Source of the DNA: Candidatus Nanopelagicales bacterium
GTDB taxonomy: Bacteria > Actinomycetota > Actinomycetes > S36-B12
Direction of reading: 5' to 3'
Length of the DNA: 64,000 nucleotides
Assembly: GCA_028825115.1 (NCBI GenBank)
Contig: JAPKAV010000005.1
Location: 1,563 to 65,562 of the forward strand
Made by a program: the position numbers and the translations under genes. Shown in pieces: positions 50,260 through 62,000 of the stretch; position 1 is the first letter of the stretch; each line of letters begins with the position of its first letter. The notes beneath the pieces are model-generated. The model saw only the letters and a list, made by a program, of their open reading frames with translations, ran no database searches and was not told the origin of the DNA.

Positions 50260-51795
50260 CTAATCCTCAAGCTCTTCAGCTAATCCCACAGCTCGAATCA
50301 CAGCCATGGCCTTATTTACGCACTCGGCATTTTCACTGGCCGGAATGGAGTCTGCAACGATCCCTCCGCCAGCTTGGATATGCGCAGTTCCATTCTTTAG
50401 CAACGCCGTACGAATCGCAATCGCCATGTCCATGTTACCCGCGAAGTCAAAATAACCGACACATCCGCCATAAAGTCCCCGTCGTTCAGATTCGAGTTCT
50501 TCAATGATTTGCATTGCCCGTGGCTTAGGCGCGCCTGAAAGCGTGCCCGCCGGGAATGTTGCCCGAAGGGCGGTATACGCATTTTGATTTTCTTCGAGTT
50601 CACCCGTCACTGTGGACACTAAATGCATGACATGGGAATAACGCTCAACGTGCATGAAATCAATAACATTGACGCTACCGGGGGTGCACACTCGCCCAAG
50701 ATCGTTCCGGGCTAGGTCCACCAACATCAAGTGTTCGGCCCGCTCTTTTTTGTCCATGAGTAAGTCCTGGGCTAGCTCGCGATCGCGATCAGAATCGGCA
50801 CTGCGACCACGCGTTCCCGCGATTGGATGCACCACTGCCTGACGATCACGAACTGTCACTAAAGCCTCCGGTGATGACCCAATAATTTCACACGCAACCC
50901 GGTTGAAATCTTGAGGATCCGGGACCCTGATCAAGTACATATAGGGGCTCGGATTTGTCGATCGCAGAATTCGATAAATACTCAATGCACTTGCCGTAGT
51001 CGGCACGCAAAACCTTTGCGAAAGCACCACTTGAAAAGCGTCCCCTCGAAGAATGTACTCCTTGATTGTGTCCACGTTCGCTAGATATGAACCCTCGCTA
51101 GACGCACGCGGAGGCAACTGCATTTGTGGATCGGACTCAGGAGTGGCGACAGCCCCACTTGGCGTGAAATGGGAAATTGACTGCTGCATCTGACCTAACC
51201 GGGCGAGCGAATCAGCGTACGCTTGATCAACTCGTTCGGGTGAATTATCGAAATTGATTGCATTAGCAATCAAAGTGACGGTGCTCGTCAGATGGTCAAC
51301 TACCGCGAGATCAGATGTGAGCAAAAAACTTAGATCAGGAATATTCAGGGAATCATGTGTTGAATTACCAATTTCTTCCCAGTTGCGCACGATGTCGTAG
51401 GACAGGTATCCAACAAGTCCGCCCGTGAACGGAAAATCGCCAACGCCAGGTACAGCGGACTTTTCCGTATGCAATTGCCTCAAGGTCGCCTCAAGTACAT
51501 CCAGCACCTGGCCACTGTGCGGCAACCCTTCTGGCACTCGCCCACTCCACACCGCATTTCCCGCCGACTCAGAGAGCATCGCTGCGCTATTGACCCCAAT
51601 GAACGAGTAACGAGACCACTGAACACCGGCCTCGGCGGATTCAAGGAGGAACGTTCCGGCTCGGTCCCCACACATGGCGTGAAATAAACCGATTACGCTG
51701 ACATGATCGATCAAGAGTGTTCGAGAAACTGCTACGACTCGCTGGTTCCGAGCGAGCGCACGAAACTGCTCCAGATCTGGGGTGTCTGACGCCAT
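50260..51795 (-). CDS. trpE: anthranilate synthase component I
   Basis: 511 aa chorismate-binding enzyme (LLESAE, GSSPEALV, GTLSGAPKPRAMQIIEELE, GGIVADS). Confidence 0.95.
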   Translation of the reverse strand: MASDTPDLEQFRALARNQRVVAVSRTLLIDHVSVIGLFHAMCGDRAGTFLLESAEAGVQWSRYSFIGVNSAAMLSESAGNAVWSGRVPEGLPHSGQVLDVLEATLRQLHTEKSAVPGVGDFPFTGGLVGYLSYDIVRNWEEIGNSTHDSLNIPDLSFLLTSDLAVVDHLTSTVTLIANAINFDNSPERVDQAYADSLARLGQMQQSISHFTPSGAVATPESDPQMQLPPRASSEGSYLANVDTIKEYILRGDAFQVVLSQRFCVPTTASALSIYRILRSTNPSPYMYLIRVPDPQDFNRVACEIIGSSPEALVTVRDRQAVVHPIAGTRGRSADSDRDRELAQDLLMDKKERAEHLMLVDLARNDLGRVCTPGSVNVIDFMHVERYSHVMHLVSTVTGELEENQNAYTALRATFPAGTLSGAPKPRAMQIIEELESERRGLYGGCVGYFDFAGNMDMAIAIRTALLKNGTAHIQAGGGIVADSIPASENAECVNKAMAVIRAVGLAEELED

Positions 51796-51800
51796 TTGAG

Positions 51801-52139
51801 CTACTTATTAATCTTTTCGCCAAAAAAACATGAGTCATGCCCCGTGTGACACGCCGGACCACTTTGATCTACGCTCAATAGAAGCGTGTCTTGGTCACAA
51901 TCTGCCTGAAGGGTGCGCACTGATTGACGATTTCCTGATTCCTCGCCTTTCACCCAAATCTTGTTTCTGCTACGCGAAAAATAGGTTCCCCAGCCAGAGT
52001 CGATGGTCAGATGTATCGCCTCGGCGTTCATCCAGGCCACCATGAGAACCTCTTTGCTTGTGGCATCCTGGGCCACAACGGGAACTAACCCTTGTGCATT
52101 AAAATGAATACCGGAAATAAATTCCTCCACCTGGTTCAC
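51801..52139 (-). CDS. hisI: phosphoribosyl-AMP cyclohydrolase
   Basis: [21 protein letters not shown], ...[18 protein letters not shown]. Confidence 0.92.
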   Translation of the reverse strand: MNQVEEFISGIHFNAQGLVPVVAQDATSKEVLMVAWMNAEAIHLTIDSGWGTYFSRSRNKIWVKGEESGNRQSVRTLQADCDQDTLLLSVDQSGPACHTGHDSCFFGEKINK

Positions 52140-52936
52140 GACACCAACTTAGTGGGAAGGCGCACAGGGATTGAATCGTGCTTCAGCGCATCTTTGACTT
52201 CTGATACCGAGACCTCGCCAAAATGGAAAATACTCGCAGCCAGGACCGCCTGTGCTCCCGCCCTGATTGCGGCCGGAAAGTCACTCGCGACACCTGCACC
52301 ACCGCTAGCAATCAAGGGAACGTCGACGGCCGCGCGAACTGCCCGAATGAGTTCGAGATCAAATCCGGACTTGGTTCCATCCGCGTCCATCGAGTTCAAC
52401 AATATTTCACCGACCCCGTAATCTTCAGCCGCTTTAGCCCACTGGACTGCATCGAGTCCCGTAGATTTCCGGCCACCATAGCTCGTCACCCCAAACCCAC
52501 TTGGCTGATCCGACTCGCGGCGCGCATCTAGTGACAACACAATGCATTGTGAGCCGAAGCGATTGGCCGCTTCGCGCAAAAGTTCCGGACGTGCAATCCC
52601 GGCGGTGTTGATGGACACTTTATCGGCCCCGGCGCGCAAGAGCGCGTCAATATCTTCGATACTGCGAATCCCACCGCCAACAGTTACCGGGACAAACACC
52701 TGGTCCGCGCTCCGACGCACGAGTTCAAGGGTTGTTTCGCGGTCTGAACTCGAAGCCGTAATGTCAAGAAATAACAGTTCATCAATTCCGGCCGCCCCGT
52801 ACCAAGATGCCAGTTCGATTGGATCTCCCGCGTCAACAACGTCAACAAAATTGACACCTTTGACGACTCTTCCGGCGTCAACATCGAGACAGGCAATCAC
52901 TCGAGCGGTTAATGTCACGGCTGAGGAGGTCCCCAC
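52136..52936 (-). CDS. hisF: imidazole glycerol phosphate synthase cyclase subunit
   Basis: [35 protein letters not shown]. The alternative GTG at 52918 overlaps the hisA TGA (GTGA). Confidence 0.95.
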   Translation of the reverse strand: MGTSSAVTLTARVIACLDVDAGRVVKGVNFVDVVDAGDPIELASWYGAAGIDELLFLDITASSSDRETTLELVRRSADQVFVPVTVGGGIRSIEDIDALLRAGADKVSINTAGIARPELLREAANRFGSQCIVLSLDARRESDQPSGFGVTSYGGRKSTGLDAVQWAKAAEDYGVGEILLNSMDADGTKSGFDLELIRAVRAAVDVPLIASGGAGVASDFPAAIRAGAQAVLAASIFHFGEVSVSEVKDALKHDSIPVRLPTKLVS

Positions 52937-53673
52937 TGATAGGGGTCGTATCGACCTTCCACCGCGACTAGCGCCTCAGAGAGACTAAAAGCCTGCTCGT
53001 AGAGCGCCTTACCAATGATGGCGCCTTCAATTCCCTTCATTTCGGCCAACTTATGTAGATCCTCTAGCCGCGAGATTCCACCCGAAGCAATCACCCGCGC
53101 TGTAGTCGACTCCGTGACTTGCTTCAAAAGATGGAAGTTAGGCCCGTGCATCGTGCCGTCCTTGTGCACGTCGGTGAGTACGTAACGGGCACAACCGGCT
53201 GCATCAAGCCTGCCAATGGTCTCCCACAGATCGCCACCTTCGGTTGTCCAACCCCGAGCGGCCAAGGTGTGCCCTTTGACATCTAGGCCAACGGCGATTC
53301 GTTCTCCGTGCTCGGCGATCACCTGCTCGGTCCAGTCCGGATCCTCTAACGCGGCGGTTCCAAGGTTTACTCGAGTGCAACCCGTGGCAAGAGCGGCCTT
53401 CAAACTATCATCACTTCTGATTCCTCCCGAAAGTTCAACTTTGACATCTCGCCCGATTCTTTTCACAACTTGGGAAATCAATTCCGCGTTATTGCCGCTA
53501 TCAAATGCCGCGTCAAGGTCCACTAAGTGAATCCACTCTGCACCTTGATCAACCCATGTCAAAGCTGCATCAAGCGGTGAACCGTACGCGGTTTCACTTC
53601 CAGCTTTCCCTTGAACTAGGCGGACAGCTTTGCCATCTTTTACATCAACAGCGGGCAGGAGGGTGAATTTCAT
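52915..53673 (-). CDS. hisA: bifunctional ProFAR / phosphoribosylanthranilate isomerase (actinobacterial PriA-type HisA)
   Basis: [27 protein letters not shown], (beta/alpha)8 HisA. No trpF lies in the adjacent trp cluster, which fits the dual-function type known from Actinobacteria. The dual function is inferred. Confidence 0.9.
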   Translation of the reverse strand: MKFTLLPAVDVKDGKAVRLVQGKAGSETAYGSPLDAALTWVDQGAEWIHLVDLDAAFDSGNNAELISQVVKRIGRDVKVELSGGIRSDDSLKAALATGCTRVNLGTAALEDPDWTEQVIAEHGERIAVGLDVKGHTLAARGWTTEGGDLWETIGRLDAAGCARYVLTDVHKDGTMHGPNFHLLKQVTESTTARVIASGGISRLEDLHKLAEMKGIEGAIIGKALYEQAFSLSEALVAVEGRYDPYQWGPPQP

Positions 53674-53682
53674 GCCCCCACT

Positions 53683-54318
53683 CTAGACCAAGGTCCGGGC
53701 CCAGTTGTTGATCAGAGTTAGCCCCGCGTCACCACTCTTCTCCGGATGGAACTGCACCGCCGATAACGGTCCATTCTCGACCGCCGCGATGAAAGGGGTC
53801 CCGTATTCGCTCCAGGTGACACGCGGAGGACGCTGGTAGGCATCGGTATCGCTCAAGACCCATTCCTGGGCCGCATATGAATGCACAAAATAGAACCACT
53901 CTGACTCGACACCGGCGAACAGCATTGATTCTGCCGGAGGTGTCACACTATTCCAGCCCATGTGTGGCACGATCGGGGAAACTAGCCGATCGACCACACC
54001 TGGCCATTGCGCAAGCCCGCTGGTTCTTATTTCGTGCTCGATTCCTTGTGCAAACATGATTTGCATACCGACACAGATTCCCAGTATCGGGCGGTTAGCA
54101 ATTAATCTTGCATCGACGAGTGAACCGCCACGTACTTTGTCGATTCCTTGCATGCACGCCGCGAACGCTCCCACCCCAGGAATAATCAAACCATCAGCAT
54201 TGAGACATGTATCGAAATCTGAGCTCAGAATCGCCTGGGTGCCCACGTGCTCGGCCGCTCTCACCGCTGAACGCACATTGCCAAATCCGTAGTCAAGGAC
54301 TGCTACGGTCGGTGTCAT
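53683..54318 (-). CDS. hisH: imidazole glycerol phosphate synthase glutamine amidotransferase subunit
   Basis: VAVLDYGFGNVRS, catalytic GICVGMQ, FHPEKS. Confidence 0.95.
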   Translation of the reverse strand: MTPTVAVLDYGFGNVRSAVRAAEHVGTQAILSSDFDTCLNADGLIIPGVGAFAACMQGIDKVRGGSLVDARLIANRPILGICVGMQIMFAQGIEHEIRTSGLAQWPGVVDRLVSPIVPHMGWNSVTPPAESMLFAGVESEWFYFVHSYAAQEWVLSDTDAYQRPPRVTWSEYGTPFIAAVENGPLSAVQFHPEKSGDAGLTLINNWARTLV

Positions 54319-54332
54319 AGAAAACTACTTCT

Positions 54333-54932
54333 TTACTGCGATGCTGTCAGCGTGCCTTTAGTTGACGGCACTCCCACTACCCGCGGATCTAGCGCAACAG
54401 CGGTGCGCATCGATCGGGCAACACTTTTAAATTGCCCCTCGACTACGTGGTGGGCATTACGCCCGGAAAGCACATTGACGTGCAGGGTTATTTGCGATGT
54501 AGCCACAATCGATTCCCAGATATGGCGGGTCAACGTTGTGTCATAGGTTCCAATGAGCTCAACGAGTTCTGGTTCAGTGTGCACCAGGTAGGGGCGGCCT
54601 GACAGATCAATCGCGCTTTGCACCAAGCATTCATCCAGTGGAACGAGCGCGTCTCCGTAGCGTGTGAGTCCCGCCCGGTCGCCCAGAGCCTGATTGATTG
54701 CTTGACCAAGTGCCAAACTCGTGTCTTCAACCGTGTGATGGGCGTCCACGTGTAAGTCACCCTTGGTGTTCACCAGCAGATCGAATCCACCGTGCTTTGC
54801 AAGTTGGGCCAGCATGTGGTCAAAGAAAGGTACCCCGGTCTCAATTGTGCTGTGCCCAGTGCCATCAAGTGATAACTCCACAAGAACGATACTTTCTTTG
54901 GTCTCTCGCTCAATCCGTGCCATTCTGGTCAT
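54333..54932 (-). CDS. hisB: imidazoleglycerol-phosphate dehydratase
   Basis: IERETKES, FFDHML, DAHHTVED, NAHHVVE metal-binding repeats. Confidence 0.95.
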   Translation of the reverse strand: MTRMARIERETKESIVLVELSLDGTGHSTIETGVPFFDHMLAQLAKHGGFDLLVNTKGDLHVDAHHTVEDTSLALGQAINQALGDRAGLTRYGDALVPLDECLVQSAIDLSGRPYLVHTEPELVELIGTYDTTLTRHIWESIVATSQITLHVNVLSGRNAHHVVEGQFKSVARSMRTAVALDPRVVGVPSTKGTLTASQ

Positions 54933-54948
54933 TTTTTTCCTCCTGCGC

Positions 54949-56043
54949 TCAGACTATCGCTCTCATGCTGTGAATAAATTGGTCATTCTCACTGGGCGTG
55001 CCGATGCTGACTCGGAGCCAACCCGAAGGACCCGTCTCTCGAACCAAGATTCCTTGTTCGAGTAACGACTTCCAGATCAGATGCGCATCCAAGAACTCCC
55101 CAAAGTACAAGAAATTGGCATCACTGGGGGCAACCCGCACCCCCAAGTCCGCCAAGGCACTCGCCATGTAATCACGGCCCTCCGTGATTACATGAACACG
55201 TGCAAGTGACTCTTGTGCAAATGCCAGTGCGGCGATTGCTGCCGCCTGCGAAATCGAAGAGAGGTGATAGGGCAATCGTACCAATTTGAGTGCCCGAACG
55301 ATCCCTTCTCCACTCACAGCGCAATAACCGAGTCGCCCACCCGCGTAACCGAATGCTTTGCTCATGGTTCGAGACACGACCACGTTTGGATAGGTATCCA
55401 GCAGCCTCAACGCCGTTGCATTTTTCTCCCTGCGAAACTCTGCGTACGCTTCGTCAATAACCACTAAAGCCCCAACTTCCCGAGCGGCAATCACGATTTT
55501 TTCAATTTCGACGAGTTCAATTAAAGTCCCCGTTGGATTATTGGGCGAAGCAAGAATTACTAGGTTGGGCGCGTGCAATGTGATTTCCCCGATTGCTAAC
55601 TCAATATCAACGGTGAAATCAGCCCGCCGAGGAATAGCCACCATTTTAGTAAACGAATCTCGGGCATACCCCGGATACATTGAGTAGGTGGGCTCAAATA
55701 TCAATGCTGTTGCTTCTGGCCCACCGAACGCGCTGAACAATTGCGACATAATCTCGTTAGAACCATTTGCCGCCCATATGCGCTCAGGTGCAATTTTCAT
55801 CCCGGATTCGTGATTCAGATAATCAGCTAGGACCGCCCGCAGCTCCACAGCGTCGCGATCGGGGTACCTATTTACTTCACGGGCCGCTGTGCCAACAGCC
55901 GCTGAAATCGCTGCGACCACTAACTCGCTCGGAGGATACGGGTTTTCATTTACATTAAGCCGGACCGGCACCCGGTCGACCGGCGCTCCATACGGCGATT
56001 GCCCCTGTAAGTCGGCACGAAGCGGTAACTCAAATTTGCTCAT
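54949..56043 (-). CDS. hisC: histidinol-phosphate aminotransferase
   Basis: LNVNENPYPP, NPNNPTG, SRTMSKAFGYAGGRLGY (PLP lysine). Start moved to ATG 56043 (MSKFELPLRADL). The ORF-track start at 56142 overlaps hisD by 89 nt and encodes a Cys/Arg-rich extension. Confidence 0.93.
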   Translation of the reverse strand: MSKFELPLRADLQGQSPYGAPVDRVPVRLNVNENPYPPSELVVAAISAAVGTAAREVNRYPDRDAVELRAVLADYLNHESGMKIAPERIWAANGSNEIMSQLFSAFGGPEATALIFEPTYSMYPGYARDSFTKMVAIPRRADFTVDIELAIGEITLHAPNLVILASPNNPTGTLIELVEIEKIVIAAREVGALVVIDEAYAEFRREKNATALRLLDTYPNVVVSRTMSKAFGYAGGRLGYCAVSGEGIVRALKLVRLPYHLSSISQAAAIAALAFAQESLARVHVITEGRDYMASALADLGVRVAPSDANFLYFGEFLDAHLIWKSLLEQGILVRETGPSGWLRVSIGTPSENDQFIHSMRAIV

Positions 56044-56053
56044 CCGCACACAC

Positions 56054-57367
56054 TCACTTCTCGGTCCGAACCGAGATCGCTTGCCCGTGAGCAGGCAGGT
56101 CCTCAGCGCTCGACAGAGCAAGCACGTGCGGGGCCACCTCAATTAAAGCCTCTCGCGAGTATTCAATGATGTGTACTCCGCGCAGAAAGGTCTGCACCGA
56201 TAAGCCCGATGAGTGCTTTGCTGAACCGGCGGTGGGCAAAACATGGTTCGAGCCAGCGCAGTAATCACCTAGAGATACGGGGGCGTACGTTCCGACAAAA
56301 ATGGCACCGGCATGTGTGACTCTGCGCGCCACCTCGCGCGCATTTTGAACGTGTACTTCTAGGTGCTCGGCCGCGTAGTCATTAACGACCGCCAAACCTT
56401 GTTCAAGATCGTCTACCAAAATTATAGCGCTTTGCGTTCCACCAAGCGCCTTTTCGATGCGCTCCAAGTGCTTCGCCAGAGGCACCCGTACCGCTAGCGA
56501 AGCTTCTACCCGTTGGGCCAAGGACTCACTGTCAGTAACCAGAACAGCCGCAGCAAGTTCGTCATGTTCAGCCTGACTAATTAAATCAGCCGCAACATGC
56601 GCGGGGTCCGCAGTGTCATCCGCCAAAATCAGGATCTCCGTTGGTCCCGCCTCAGAATCAATGCCAATAACACCTTGTAACGCGCGCTTCGCGGCCGTTA
56701 CGTAAACATTTCCGGGCCCGGTTACCAGGTCCACCCGCTGACACTCCCCTGTCGGGAGCGTCACGCCATAAGCCAACATTGCCACGGCTTGTGCGCCACC
56801 GACGGAATACACCTCTTCAATGCCGAGTAAGTGGCAAGCAGCCATGACCACCGGGTGCGGCCAACCCCCCCAGTCTTTTTGCGGCGGTGAGACAACAGCA
56901 ATGGAACCGACTCCCGCAATCTGCGCTGGCACAACATTCATGACGACGCTGCTCGGATAAACGGCTTGGCCACCGGGCACATAAAGTCCCACGCGGTCAA
57001 CCGGAATCCACCTTTCGGTGACAGTCCCGCCCACCACGACTTCGGTTTCGCTTTCGACACGGACTTGGTCTGAGTGCACGATTCTTGCTCGGCGAATTGA
57101 TTCCAGCAACGCCGCCCGCACTGCCGGATCCAAATTCTCCGCCGCCTTTTTAAGTTCTGCGGCAGGAACACGAAGCGATGGGGGTGCAATGCCGTCCAGC
57201 GTGAGAGACCAGCGAGCTACCGCCTCGGCCCCGTTCTCCCGAATATCTTCCACGATTGGGGCAACTATTTTTGAGGCGTCAGCGACATTAATGGCTGCTC
57301 GAGGCACCACGTTGGTCACAGACACCCCGCCAGCGTCACTCGCCCGAAGATCGATGCGCCGAATCAC
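56054..57367 (-). CDS. hisD: histidinol dehydrogenase
   Basis: 437 aa. [17 protein letters not shown], zinc ligands ([13 protein letters not shown]). GTG start. Confidence 0.95.
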   Translation of the reverse strand: MIRRIDLRASDAGGVSVTNVVPRAAINVADASKIVAPIVEDIRENGAEAVARWSLTLDGIAPPSLRVPAAELKKAAENLDPAVRAALLESIRRARIVHSDQVRVESETEVVVGGTVTERWIPVDRVGLYVPGGQAVYPSSVVMNVVPAQIAGVGSIAVVSPPQKDWGGWPHPVVMAACHLLGIEEVYSVGGAQAVAMLAYGVTLPTGECQRVDLVTGPGNVYVTAAKRALQGVIGIDSEAGPTEILILADDTADPAHVAADLISQAEHDELAAAVLVTDSESLAQRVEASLAVRVPLAKHLERIEKALGGTQSAIILVDDLEQGLAVVNDYAAEHLEVHVQNAREVARRVTHAGAIFVGTYAPVSLGDYCAGSNHVLPTAGSAKHSSGLSVQTFLRGVHIIEYSREALIEVAPHVLALSSAEDLPAHGQAISVRTEK

Positions 57368-57390
57368 GTAGATCAGTTTACCCTATATCC

Positions 57391-58071
57391 GTGACTTCAC
57401 ATATCTCGCTCTTTCCCCTGAACACCATTTTGGTACCGGGCCTGGTGCTCCCGCTGCATATTTTTGAACCAAGGTACCGATTGATGGTCCAGGAGCTTCT
57501 TGAAATCCCCGATGAAGAGCAACGTGAGTTTGGGGTCGTTGCGATTCGAGATGGCCACGATGTAACCACAATGGGGATAGACGCACTTCACCCGATCGGC
57601 ATCTCGGCCGTTATGCGCGAAGTTACCCCGAGTGAAGGCGGCCGATACGACATCGTCACAACGGGTGCTCGTCGATTTACCGTCAAGGCTTTGGATACCA
57701 GTTCACCCCTTTTGAGCGCGGACGTTGAGTGGCTCCCCGAGCCCGTTCCCGTGGAGTCAGCGGAACTTTCCCTTCTTACCAAAAGCACGCTCAGTGAATT
57801 TGCCGCCTACCGAGCTGCTCTCTCGGGTGAACTCAATAGCGATGTGTCGATATTTGAAGAGCTCCCAAAAGACCCGGTGGTGGTCGGTTACCTCCTCACC
57901 GCGGCCATCTTGCTCCCAACCGATGAACGTCAGGCGCTTCTGGGCGCAGAAACAGCCGAGTCGCGGCTTGAACTAGTGCGCACGTTACTGCGGCGTGAGA
58001 CCAGCCTGATCCAACATTTCGGCGCCTTGCCTGCGATTGACCTTCTGACTGATAACTTTTCGTCCAACTAG
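57391..58071 (+). CDS. LON-peptidase N-terminal (substrate-binding) domain protein
   Basis: LFPLNTILVPGLVLPLHIFEPRYRLMV is the hallmark start of stand-alone Lon N-domain proteins. 226 aa with no ATPase or protease domain. Confidence 0.8.
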   Translation: MTSHISLFPLNTILVPGLVLPLHIFEPRYRLMVQELLEIPDEEQREFGVVAIRDGHDVTTMGIDALHPIGISAVMREVTPSEGGRYDIVTTGARRFTVKALDTSSPLLSADVEWLPEPVPVESAELSLLTKSTLSEFAAYRAALSGELNSDVSIFEELPKDPVVVGYLLTAAILLPTDERQALLGAETAESRLELVRTLLRRETSLIQHFGALPAIDLLTDNFSSN

Positions 58072-58083
58072 GATCAATCTACG

Positions 58084-58563
58084 ATGAAGGCCTTGGCGAT
58101 CACTCCGGCAACAATTGCCTTAGATTCGTCCGGTGTTCCATATACATTGCTTAAATTCGAGAGCGACGCCGTGACTGGTTTCGGCAAAGAAGCTGTCATT
58201 CGGATGTCGGTTGACGAGGATCAAGTCTTCAAAACTATTCTTTTCGGCGATAAGGAAATGGCCGTCGTAGCGATCGCCCCGGTTTCACGAAAAATCAGTA
58301 CCAAGCGGCTCGCTTCAGCGGTTGGCGTCCGAAGCTTAGAACCGATGGACTCTGCGCTCGCCCAGAAAATGAGCGGCTACGTCTTGGGCGGAATCAGCCC
58401 ATTTGGGCAAAAGAAACACCTTGCGACGGTAATTGATTCGAGTGCTGAAAACTTTGAAACCATCTATGTCAGTGGCGGTCGTCGCGGGCTCGAAATCTCC
58501 ATTGCCCCTGCCGATCTCATGCACGCTCTCGACGCGCTAATGGCGCACATTCACGCTGAGTGA
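58084..58563 (+). CDS. ybaK: Cys-tRNA(Pro)/Cys-tRNA(Cys) deacylase, YbaK/EbsC family
   Basis: 159 aa YbaK fold (FKTILF, conserved K, SGYVLGGISPFG). Confidence 0.85.
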   Translation: MKALAITPATIALDSSGVPYTLLKFESDAVTGFGKEAVIRMSVDEDQVFKTILFGDKEMAVVAIAPVSRKISTKRLASAVGVRSLEPMDSALAQKMSGYVLGGISPFGQKKHLATVIDSSAENFETIYVSGGRRGLEISIAPADLMHALDALMAHIHAE

Positions 58564-59096
58564 CTTCGGCTGCGCCTGCGCTCCGACACGAAGTCGCCAA
58601 AAGCCATAATCGCAATCACCAGACTTGACCCCAATGGCCACATTAAAAGCATGGCAGGCAAAGTGACTTCAAGTGGGCCATCTAGGACCGTTGAATCGGG
58701 AAACTCGACATTTTCCAGATCAACAAAGCCCAAATTCGAACCCACCCACCACATTGCCCAAGATCCCACAGCCGAAGATGCCAAGGCCGCCACCAAACTC
58801 GCCAACAAATGCTCCCTGCGCATTGATACCAGGGCGATCGCCATAAATACGCCGGCAAGCGCGCCTACTGCCCCAAATGCAATATTGGCCGCGAAATATT
58901 CCTGGGGTTGGAATCCTTCGGGCACAACCCGACCCGGTGTCACCACCACTGACACTCTGGGGGCCAAGGACCACCACAGGACTCCGAGTGCGGCACCTGA
59001 GAGTCCGCCAGCAACCACACCGGTAATGAACACTGTTACTGCTTTGCGTGTTCGGGCCGGGGTTTTTCCCAAATCCGAATTCACTACATCAGGCAT
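58551..59096 (-). CDS. hypothetical membrane protein (4 TM)
   Basis: 181 aa with four hydrophobic helices and no catalytic motif. Overlaps the dnaE stop by 13 nt, and converges on and overlaps ybaK by 13 nt. Confidence 0.55.
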   Translation of the reverse strand: MPDVVNSDLGKTPARTRKAVTVFITGVVAGGLSGAALGVLWWSLAPRVSVVVTPGRVVPEGFQPQEYFAANIAFGAVGALAGVFMAIALVSMRREHLLASLVAALASSAVGSWAMWWVGSNLGFVDLENVEFPDSTVLDGPLEVTLPAMLLMWPLGSSLVIAIMAFGDFVSERRRSRSHSA

Positions 59097-62000
59097 GATG
59101 AACCTAACAGCGCCTTTAAATCACCAAAGAGTGACGGGGAAGGTGTTACTCGGAATATGTCATCAAGTTTCATCACCGTGGTCGACGTCCCACCGCTGAG
59201 GTGCAACTGCACCTCGGTGGTTCCCGGGTGTTGGGCAAGAATAGTTTTCAATCGCGCAACCAGCGGTGGGACACAACGCGCGGCAGCCATGGTGAGTCGA
59301 ACCGGACCTGCTGGGGCTCCGGATAGATCGGGCGCAATAACTTCAAGTGCAATTGCCCTAATTCCGTCTTCGTCGCTGCGGTCAATCTTGGTGCGAATAA
59401 CCAAAATGGAGTCATCAACTAACAGCGTTCCAAAGGATGCATACGAGGCCGGGAACACCATGACTTCTAGAGTTCCCTCAAGGTCTTCAATTGTCACGAT
59501 CGCCCACGCTGAACCTTTTTTTGTAGTCTTACGCACCACGCTTGTCACCAGACCGCCTAACGAAACCACCTGGCCATCAAGATGCTCATCGATCAGAACG
59601 GAGGCGATACTTCGATCTGAGAGTTGTGCGAGTGCACTTTCCATACCAAAAAGTGGGTGATCTGACACGTACAGTCCCAGCATGTCGCGTTCGTGCGCTA
59701 ACAGGAGCGACTTCTCCCATTCAGTGATTCCAATAACGGGGCGCTCAATCAGTGATTCCCCGCCACCCTCCTCTAGCCCTCCAAATAGATCAAACTGGCC
59801 GATCGCCTCGGAACGCTTGATGTCAACTGCGGCGTCAATTACTTGCTCGTGCACCCCGCTCAAGCCCTTGCGGGTGTGCCCCAAACTGTCAAATGCGCCG
59901 GCTTTCACCAATGACTCAACTACCCGCCTGTTACACACTGCAATATCTACTTTCGCAATGAAGTCATGGAAGTCAGCGAATCGCCCCACTTTATTTCGAG
60001 TCGCAATAATCGACTCAACAACATTGGTTCCCACATTACGAATCGCTGTCAACCCAAAGCGAATATCACTCCCGCGCGGTGTGTAATTCGCATCAGAATC
60101 GTTTACGTCTGGGGGCAACACTTTGATCCCCATTCGTCGGCACTCGTTCAGGTAGATCGCCGAGCGTTCTTTGTCATCAGCCATCGAAGTGAGAAGCGCC
60201 GCCATGTATTCAGCAGGGTAATTAGCCTTTAAATAGGCGGTCCAATACGACACCAATCCATAACCAGCCGTATGCGCCTTATTAAACGCGTAATCAGAAA
60301 AAGGGACCAAGACTTCCCACAATTTATTGATAGCGGGTTCTGAGAATCCACGCTCGCGCATTCCCTCACTAAACGGGACGAATTCTTGCTCAAGAATTTC
60401 TTTCTTCTTCTTGCCCATTGCACGGCGCAGTAAATCCGCTTTCCCTAACGAGTATCCGGCCAGTAATTGAGCAATCGCCATCACCTGTTCCTGATAAACA
60501 ATCAGACCATAGGTGTCCCCAAGAATCTCGCCCAAGGGCGCTTCAAGTTCAGGGTGAATCGGGACAACCGGCTTGCGCCCATTTTTTCGATCTGCATAAT
60601 CGTTATGGGCATTTGCACCCATAGGGCCGGGTCGATACAGCGCGAGCACTGCCGAAATATCTTCGAAATTGTCCGGTGCCATGGAGCGTAAAAGCGAACG
60701 CATGGGTCCACCGTCAAGTTGGAAAACACCCAATGTGTCACCGCGGGACAGCAGCTCATAGGCAGGGCCATCGTCAAGGCCGAGTGTTTCCAGCACGACC
60801 TCGACTCCGGTATTACGCATGATATTTTCTAGGCAATCGTCAAGAACTGAGAGGTTGCGTAATCCCAAGAAATCCATTTTCAGTAGTCCGAGCGCCTCAC
60901 ATGCACCCATGTCAAACTGGGTAATTATTGCGCCATCTTGTTCGCGCTTCCACACCGGAATCACGTCCATGAGTGGTTCACTGCACAAAATCACGCCCGC
61001 GGCGTGCACCCCCGGCTGTCGTTTAAGACCCTCTAAGCCTTTGGCCGTGTCAACTACCGTCTTCGCCTCCGGATCACTTAAATAAAGCGCCCGGAACTCG
61101 GCCGCTTCAGAGTAACGAGAATCTTCCGGATCAAACGCACCTTTGAGCGTGATATCTTTGCCCATGAGCGACGGCGGCATGGCCTTCGTGATCCGTTCGC
61201 CTACCGAATACGGCAGACCCAGGACCCGAGCACTGTCCTTCACAGCCGCCTTCGCCTTGATCGAACCGTAAGTAACAATCTGCGCGACTCGCTCTTCACC
61301 ATATTTTTCTGTTGCGTACCGGATCATGTCTGCGCGGCGACGTTCATCAAAGTCAATGTCAATATCAGGCATTGAGATTCGCTCAGGGTTAAGAAAACGC
61401 TCAAAAAGCAACCCGTGCTCAATCGGGTCAAGATCGGTAATGCCCAATGCGTATGCGATCATGGCGCCCGCTGCCGAGCCTCGGCCCGGCCCAACTCGAA
61501 TCCCACTAGTTTTCGCATGCTTCACCAGATCGGCGACAACGAGGAAATACCCCGGGAATCCCATTTGTGCAATGACACCCAATTCGTATTCGGCTTGGGT
61601 CCGGACCGGATCAGGTACACCTGCTGAGTACCTGCGCGCTAGACCAATTTCGACTTCCTTTACCAACCATGACTCTTCACTCTCACCGGCTGGAATGTCA
61701 GCGCGCGGCATGAGATTCGCACCCTCACTGAACTCAACATTGCACCGTTCCGCGATAAGAAGCGTATTGTTACACGCCTCAGGGAATTCGCTCCATAGCT
61801 CTCGCATTTGCGCGGCAGACTTCAAATAGAAATCACGCGCATCAAATCTAAACCTTTTAGGGTCATCAAGAGTCGTTCTGGTTCCAATGCATAGCAACAC
61901 ATCATGTGTATCGGCATCGCCCTCATGGATGTAGTGCATGTCATTGGTTGCAATTAATGGCAAATCGAGCGCTTTGGCGATCTTGATCAAGTCGGGCATG

